Below are positions 41,601 to 50,600 of a stretch of DNA of 64,000 nt, one piece after another. The DNA lies in contig NC_083243.1 in NCBI RefSeq assembly GCF_032191835.1, positions 50,840,001-50,904,000 on the forward strand, read 5' to 3'. The notes under the pieces are model-generated. The model did no database searches and was not told the DNA's origin. It saw only the letters and a list, made by a program, of their open reading frames with translations. A program made the position numbers and the translations under genes. Source of the DNA: Heteronotia binoei (Eukaryota). Each line of letters starts with the position of its first letter. Position 1 is the stretch's first letter.

Positions 41601-44600
41601 CTTACTTCATTTATACTCCACTTTTCTCTCCAACAGGGACTCAAAGTGGCTAACAAAATGTTTAAAGCTTGCAATTTCTCATTTTGCATTTAATGTTATA
41701 TGTAGTCAAATGGTAATATTTTATGCATTTAATATACTAGGAATCTCAGCCAATTAAATAACTAAATTGCTTTAATCAACTATGCATTAATAAATTAATC
41801 CAGAGATGGTCTTTTGGAGGCCTATAGCCTGTATCTAGTCTCTGAAGACATCCTTTCTGATTTTCTAGTGGTCTTATCCAATTTAAATCAAGATGTGGTT
41901 AACTCTTTTTATTCACAGTTTTAATTCTTAAGGGAAGTTTTAACACTTTTTATTATATCAGTTTTCTCATTTGCATTCTGGAAAGGCAAAGAACCACTGG
42001 CAACCTGCCTCTTGAGAAGACCTTTCTGGAAGAATGTTTGTTCTTCAGCACTTCAATTAATGAACTCATATAATTGGAGTTTGTAAGCTCCACATCTGTG
42101 AAGCCTTTTCTGCAAAAGTCAGATTGTCTGATCCTTGAGCTAGTGATTTAGCAACAGAAGCTGGTCATCCCTGATTGAGTCATATATTAAATCTACATAG
42201 CCTGCATATTGCTAAAAACTCAATACCAGCAGTAGTTTGAGGAAATTTAAGATAATTACTTAAACATCTTTTTTTTTTTAAAAAGCTACCACTCTATTTG
42301 AAGAAATGCGATCTTTAATATTTGTCATTTGATACCTATCACAATAATGCACCAGGTCTGAACCAGATTCACTGATTGAGCAATCAGTGCTTAAGCTGAT
42401 TGTGGGAACAACACTAAGCAGGAAGTAATTCCCATTTTATTCAATGAGGCACATTCCCAGGAAAGTGTCCTTAGGACTGCAGCCTAACTCTGTTGGCATG
42501 TATCCTACCTTAGGCTGGAGAAACTGGCTTCAGTCTGAGGAGCTATTGTTTCCCCCTACATCCAAAACCATGAAGACTGTAGAGTCAGCAAGCACACATG
42601 CAGTACTAGCCTCTAGGACAGGGGTGTCAAACATACAGCCCAGGGGCCGAGCAGGCCTCCGGAGGGTTCCTATCAGGCTCCTGAGCAACTGGCTCTTGTC
42701 TGCTTCCTTCTCCTACTCTCTTGCTTCCTTCTGCATCTCAACTTGCTTTGCGATGCTTGCTCAATCGCACAGGAACTACAGTGCAAAACCTCAATTTTCT
42801 CCATTGGTTGAGGCTCCTCCCCATCCTGGTCTCCTGGGGAGGGAGGGAAAGAGCCAGAGCTTCCTTTGCTCTGGATTCCATAGGAGAAATACAAAGAAAG
42901 CACCTTTAAGACCAACGAGTACTAATGTTTTAAGCATCTTTTATTTTAAGGGGTTTTTTTTAAAAAAAATCTTGTTGTGTTTGTCTGTGTCCTTTAAAAA
43001 GTTTATATCTCTGCTATCTAATCTTAAATAGGTACACACATGGCTCGACACAGCCCAGCCTGACAAGGTCTCATTTATGTCATTCTGGCCCTCATAACAA
43101 ATGAGTTCTATACCCCTGCTCTAGGAACTATAAATCGAAGAAAATGTACTTATTTCTCACATTAGATGTTATATGTATTATGTTGAACATTTACTTCAGC
43201 TCAACTCATATTGCAACCAAGCTCAAAACAAAATGTGCTCCTTGTATAATTTGTGTGAGTGTTATGAATGATTCAAGGACAAAACTTCTCTGGGCCAGAT
43301 GCCTGAATGACTTCCAGATGTTTCCTTTCTTCTGATTTTCACCAAACATTGGCGTCTCTCAGCTACCCGCTCTCAAAGTTTCTTTGACACTTTTCCAATT
43401 TCCTTAGCATGACTACTCATTAGTAGGAAAGTCGTGAAAACATTGTGAAAGCAATGTCACCCCAGAGTCGGAAATGACTGGTGCTTGCACAGGGGACTTT
43501 TCCTTTCCTCCCTCTGGAATTCCTTGGGAACTTTCAAATCCCGTTCTAGATGATCAATACATCCCAACAGTTATCACTGATGTCCACCCAACATATTGCT
43601 GGACTCTGTGCCCTGCTGTGTTGGTGTTATCCAGGTGAATCAGAATACCACATACCCAGGAGGTCTCCAGAGAAGTTGATTGGGAGGATGACAGCCACAG
43701 AGAGCACACAGATGATCATAAGCAGCACCAGTAAGTGCCGTTGGAAGGAGAGGTAGGTGGTGGCATCGATTCCACATTTGCTTTGAATTTCCTCATCCCT
43801 TATGGTTGTGTGGAGAGAGGAAGACATGTCATTAGAACCACATATTATCACTCATCTTCCCCTTTCTTTTTCTGAGAAAATACACTGTCAAACCATGAAG
43901 ACCAAGTTCCCAGTTTCCTACACATAAAAGAGCAAAATGGCTCTTTACTGAGATATGCTGACAGTCAATGGTCTCATTATTGTACTTTATCTGGTGTGAC
44001 ATCTTTTCTAATTTGCTCCACTAGAACGGCATGTACGGCCAATGAAGAACAATACCAGCATGGTGTTTAAATATGTGTGCCCCGCCCCTGCAAACAGATG
44101 CAGGGTAGCTGCATCTGGAGTCTACCCCTCCCTTGACCTGTCTCCCATCAGTGCCTTCAGAATCTGGTGAGAAGGTTCTCCAGCACCTTCCTCATAAGTC
44201 CTCTTCCTGCTCCATTTAAAGGCACCTGATAGGCCACACATACCCCCTTTCCCAGCCCCAGCCCTCTCTGACAGATCCTTCTCCTCATGAGAAGCAGGGA
44301 GCCATTCAATCTGTAGCTGTGGTAGGGATTCTCCTCAGGCTGCCACCACTCAGCTGCTGCAAAAACTGATTTTTAAAGGGATTGGGCCCTGTAACGGCCA
44401 CTCAAACCTTTGCTACACCTCATGGCAGTCTTTGGTTGGAGGTGGGGGTGCTCTACCCCTAGACACAGACTATCGTTGCCACAAGCCTCCCTACATCATG
44501 AAACTCTTGAAACTTGGTATGAGCAAGAGCCTTACAATGGAATCTGTTACGGTGTATTAAGAGAGGTCAGTGCGGTGTAGTGACGACAGCATCAGTCTAG

Positions 44601-47600
44601 GACTGGAGAGGTCTGGGTTCAAGTCCCCGTTTAGCTATTTAGTTGACCAAGGGACTTTGGGACAGTCAATGGAGGAGGAAATAACTGTTTTTGCTGCACT
44701 TTGGAGAAAGCAATAAATACATAATAGAATTAGAACCGAAAGAGCATTTGAGATGAAGATCTCCTTCATGGAAACAGAAAATGCAGGAAACATAATGCTA
44801 CCTTTCCCAGGTGTTCTTCTTAGCAACTATAGATGAAAAATCCAATACTAAAGAGTTACAGCAGGAGCTCCCCAATGTGGTGCTTGTGGGCCACCATGAG
44901 GCCTGCCACCACTTTTCTGGGGCCTGCCAAGTGTTTTTAGAAAGTAGATGGAGTCAGGTGGAGCTTCTCCCTAGCAAGGCTTCTGATTGACCGTTAGATT
45001 GGCTGTCTAGATGTTTTAAAATGGTGCTTTGGCAGCAGCTGCCACTACAGGACAAGAATCTTCACTATGTGACTGAAGGTTAGCTATGGCTGCCATTTTG
45101 TGGCTAGTTTTGCCTCCTCTGACAGCCATTTTATGGCTGTCCCCACCACGCTATGTCAGAACTCCAAAGGTGCATGCAAGATCAAAAAGATTGGATACCC
45201 CTTAGTTACATCAATGATATTAATTTTGTCTTCAGAACCATGTGTTCTTCTGGTTTTTGTATCTCCGTACCCTCATTATGATTATGTCTCACTGAAGAAT
45301 ATACTCACTTCATCTGGTAAATGGACAGGAGCCAGGAGCAGAATCCCTAGAAAGACAGTTAAGGGGGGGGGGGGTGAGAACTGATTGAAGTCAATCAAAG
45401 AGCACACACCTATCTGGAGAGGTTTGCTTCCATCTCTGAAATTACCCCACATCTGCACACATGCAAGAATAAGCTTTTTCAAGGCAAAAATAAACAAACA
45501 AGAGCCTAAACTACAGTGCCTAGAAGCAAGAAGACACAGCAGAGGACTTATGCCATTATTTAATTACAGTTAATCAATATTAATTAGCTTCTTTTTGGAG
45601 GAACCTGAAAAGGAGGATGACTTGAACTCTATGACATGCTAGAACATCAGAGGACAGACTGCTACGCAAGTGCATTTTGCTTTTTCATACATTTCCACTC
45701 TCGTGTCTGGTACTAGCCATTGTCAAAGGTATCTGCCAGATTGAAGTCAGCAGGTCTTATTCAGAGATTGTCCCATTAACGAGATGATGCAATTGCTAGG
45801 GCTTTCTCGGGAAATGGCAGCACACAGGTTAATGGCGGTGATGGCAAGTTATGGATATGATTAGAGCATTATGATCACCTTGCATCTATTTGCCTCTGGC
45901 GTTATCTGCATTGTGGTATGATGAATATTATGATGCAAAGTAAAGGTGATAGGTTACCACTCCCTAAAAAAAAATACTGGCATGGATACTAAAACCTTCT
46001 CATGCTAGGTTCTTTTTGGTGCATGCTCCATAGCAAGGGACAAGCTCTACAAGGAGCAAAAAAAAAGAGTGCAAGTGGAAAGGAAGTACAAGATCCAAGC
46101 CATCAGCAACTATTCCCCTTTCACATCTGATTGACCCAAGGTATCTATATTACCAGAAATTTCCACCGGAACTCACCACATCTTTATTATCTGCATCTAG
46201 GGGACTGGTCTCCGATGGCGATTTCTCTTTTTCACTTTGCTCCCCATAGAAGAGTGATGTCAGGCTTCACATGTATCAGAAGAGAGGAAACATATATGGG
46301 AAGAAACAGGAAAGAGGGGAAAGAAAACAGGAGAAAAGGGATTTGAAAGTTTGAATTAAAGGTAGGAAGGAAAGGAAGAAGGAAAACATGATTCTGATCC
46401 GAACAAAGTTTAGTGCCTAGATCATCTTGCAATTATCCCAGTCCCTAGGAAAAGAGACAGGCCTACAGAAAGAAAAGAGAGGTAGGCAGATGAAGAGGAA
46501 TCAAAACTTTCTAAATAAAGCAACTACACTCCAAGAACATTCTGATATTCAAGAAAGCCCATGGGAAACTGGTAGCTTTTATTCCCCCATGCAAAGCATT
46601 CAGTTTTTCCATTGTAGCTACATAGACAGTTGCATCACTGTAAAGGGATGGAATTAATACCCCCCCCCCCCCAATTCCAGTAACAGATTAATAGAACCAA
46701 GGGGAGGAGAGCTTCCCCAACAGTTTATAGGAATTTAATCTTTATGAATGAAAGGCACTGGAATTATGCATGCATCATTGCTCTTGACTGGATGGAAATG
46801 AAAACTGCTTTCATATAACTCAGTCCTATTATTGCTTATTCCTAACAAAAAAGACTCCTGGTCTGAATGGACTGGGGATCAAGGGAAATTTCTGTAGGTG
46901 GGATAAAAAAAAAGTCTGTTCACATAGGCATGTAGAAAAGCCAATAACTGTATAAGCAGAAATCTTCCCAGGGTTACTTCTAAATGTCCAGTCCCTGAAG
47001 AAGGGGCTATGGCTTGGAGACAGAGGATGTATTTTGCATATAGAAGGTCCCAGGTTCAAAATCTGGCTTCTCCAGTTAAAAGGATCAGGTAGCAGGTAAT
47101 GTGAAAGACTTTTACCTGAGGCTCTGAAAAGCCAGTCAGGGTAGACAACAGTGAATAAGATAGACTATAAGAACATAAGAAGAGCCCTGCTGGATCAGAC
47201 CAGTGGTCCATCTAGACCAGCATCCTGTCTGACCCAGTGACCAACCAGTTCCTCTAGATGGACAACAGGGCATGGAGGCTGAGGCCTTCCCCTGATATTG
47301 TCTCCTGGCTCTGGGATTCAGAGGCTTAGTGCCTTTGAATGTGTAGGTTCCCCTCAGTCACTATGGCTAGTAGCCATTGATAGACTTATCTTTCATAGAC
47401 CTGTTTATTCCTGTGGCCATCACTATATTCTCTGGCAGAGAATTCCAGTTTAATCACTCTCTGTGTAATGTAATGTTTCCTTTTGTCCACCCTGAACGTA
47501 CTGGCCATCAGCTTCACTGGATGCCCTGGAGTTCTAGGTTTTTGAGAGAGGGAGAAAAATTTATGTTTGATAACTCTCTCACCCCACATATAGTTTTATA

Positions 47601-50600
47601 AAGCTCTATGATGCCTCTCTTTGTCATCTCTTTTCTAAACTGAAAAGTCCCAGATTTTTCAGCCTTTCCTCATTGGGAAGGTGCTCCAATAATCTTAGTT
47701 GCCCTACTCTGTCCTTTCTTTTTCCAGCTCTGCAATGTCCTTTTTGAAATATGGGGAACAGGAACTGTACACAGTATTCCAAATGAGGCTGCAACATTGA
47801 TCTATACAGGGGCATTACCATACTAATTTTATTCTCAATTCCTTTCCTAACAATCCCTAATACTTTTTGCTTTTTTCATTGCTTCGGCACACTGAGTTGA
47901 CACTTGCACTGAGTTATCTGCTACGACCCCAAGATCTTTTCCCCTCCCAGCTTCAGCAAGTTCAACAGACCCCATTAGCCTATGCTTGAAGTTGGGATTT
48001 TTCATCCCAGTGGTGTGACTTAGTGTAAGGTAACCCCACGTAGGCATGTGAAGTCCATTACATCTGCCACATCTTCACCTCTTTTTTGGTATATCCACCC
48101 AGAGAAGATCAGGAGCATTCCTGCTTTGGCATATTCAGAGGCTTTCTAAAGCCTTCCAGGTGGTTTTTTAGAGTAACTGATACAGTTTTTTGGTCAGTCT
48201 GGCCTTAAGAATGTGTTAATGTTTATGTGGTTAAGTTTGTAAGTGGAATATAAATATTTCAATCAATAAATTGAAACTGTGGAATATAAATATTTCAATC
48301 AATAAATTAACAAATAAGACAAGAGATGACCAGTATGATAGTTTTGTCCAATATTTGACAAGTATTTTTTGACTAGCCACATCCTTCACTAACAGGGCTT
48401 TCCTGGGTTCCAAACAAGTGCTCTATGGCCTTTCCCCCCAATGCTCTGTCTTCTGATTCAGCAACAACTACAGAAGATCTGCTACTGTTCCATGGTTACA
48501 TCACAGACATGATATCACTCATTTGCACAGTGCCACTTGCTTGTAAAATTTGGATAGAAAAAGCTTACATGGAGACAATATCCCTTAGAAGAGACAAGAA
48601 ATTTGAGCCACAATGATGGTTCAGAAGGAGGGGAAAAACCTCCTGAGGCTCTTGACTAGAAATGTTTGCTATTACTGAAATATGAACTAAGTGTCTTGAC
48701 CACAGCCAGCTATGGAATGACAAGAGCAAAGAAGGCGGCTGAGAGCATTTTTAAAAATATGGATGTTTCAAACAGGCTCCACAGTTCATTCTAATAAGCT
48801 GTTCAGACAATGAGCCTGTGAGAAGAAATACACCATGGAGTACAGAATGCGTGGCCTTATATAGCCAAATGTGATTAGTGAGTGTTTCCTGTGGCTGAAT
48901 GGAATCACTAGAGACCCCTAGTTTGGCCTCAGAAAGGGGTGGAGTGTTAATTGTCCCTCCTTTACCTGTAGTGCTGAATCAAAAGAGTTCTGAGGATCTC
49001 TCTCCTGGCAGATGGTTGGCTCTATCTGAGCACTTATGCGAACAGAAGCATTTCTGCCCATGGAGTAAAAAATGCACCCCAGTGCTGATTCTTAGAGTCT
49101 GCTGTCCCCTAGTTTGAAAAATCATCTGGATACCTGAACCACAGCAAGGAACCCTGAAGTCTCTACAAATAGAAATCTAGAATTTGGTAAATACAGAGAT
49201 TTGACAGGACCCATGCAAAGCAGCTACACATGCTTGTGTAACATCCCAGAGATTGGTAGTCAGGGCAAGTCTACAAGGGTGGGTTAATTCAGGTTGTGTA
49301 GTGCCCTAGTTTAAATAAGACATTGGGCCTGCACAAATGTGCATGCCAACATCACATTTCAACCCTCCACCTTGCTTATGATTAGCCTAAAGCACTTTGC
49401 AGATAGCCCACAGTCAACATTTGCAATCATTCTTACTGAGACACCACAGTTCATGGTTCAAGGCCCTTGGTGGATCATGGCTCAGAGGCAAAGCATCTGC
49501 TTTGCACACAGATGGTCCCAAGTTCAATCCATGGCACCTCCAGTTAAAAGGACCAGGTAGGAGGTAATGTGAAAGACTTCTGCCTGAAAACCTGGAGAAC
49601 TGCTACCGTTCTAAGCAGACAATACTGATCCTGATGGATCGATGGTCTGGCTCAGTATAAGGCAGCATCATGTATGTGAGCTGTCTGACAATAGGGAATT
49701 TTTAGAAGAGATCTATCTTGTCTCATTTGGTATTGACATCTGTGAAATGAAAACCAGTGCCAAATAGCAACAAGCAACACAGTACAAAGTAGTAATAATC
49801 TCACACACTATGAGGAGAGGGCTGCTGGATCAAATCTGTTACAAGAGTTGCTTTAGAGCTGTGGTGTCTGAAATAAGCAATGCTCATTATTTCCTATGGA
49901 AGTGTCCTCTGGAACAAGATATGGCACAATCAGGGGTGCTCAGGAAATCCTATTTTAGTGTGAAACTGTAATCAATATTTATAGGATCAGATGCTGACTG
50001 CAGCCATTCACCACCAGACAGCCAAAGCCACAGAGTATAAGGAGGAAGACTCTACAAGAGGATATAGTCAGGAAGCTGCTCCATCTACCCTGCAGGTAAC
50101 TTCCTGTGAAGGAAAGAAGGGCCACTGCAAAGCTGAGAGCAGAATTTCATGGCTCCCTAATACAAACAGAATAAGAAGCAGAGGACAAGTTCATCCAATT
50201 CAAATCTATCTCACAGCCTCTCAGGAGTTTGCCATCAGAAATTCCTGTATCATCCCACCATCACATTTCTACACAAATAATACTCATAGATTTCCTCCTG
50301 AGTCCTTTCTTCAGTCCTCACCACCAGTGAAGGCAAATCACCCATTGAAAGCTTACAAAGCAGGGGAGGGACACCCTTCCCCTGGCCAAGTATTTCCTTT
50401 TCACCTTGGCAGGATCAAGGAAAAAGTGAGGAAATTTGGGGGAACATAGCTATTCTTCTGGAACTGGATCCAATTTCCAAAACTTCCTTAAAAGCAGTGG
50501 CAATTCCTTCTCTTTCACAAGAATTCCCATCTCACCAACACCTCCATTCCCATGTCACCCTTTTATCATTACTCGTAGGAATTCCATGTGCTTGGAGGGA

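Noticed and set aside
42444-43031. 195-aa ORF, possible transposase
   Set aside because: It lies largely within a 500-bp non-autonomous MITE and has no hAT DDE or dimerisation motifs.
49991-50449. 152-aa ORF on +, and similar intronic ORFs (51465-51893, 57568-58080)
   Set aside because: No homology recognised; antisense, intronic or overlapping SINEs; consistent with chance.
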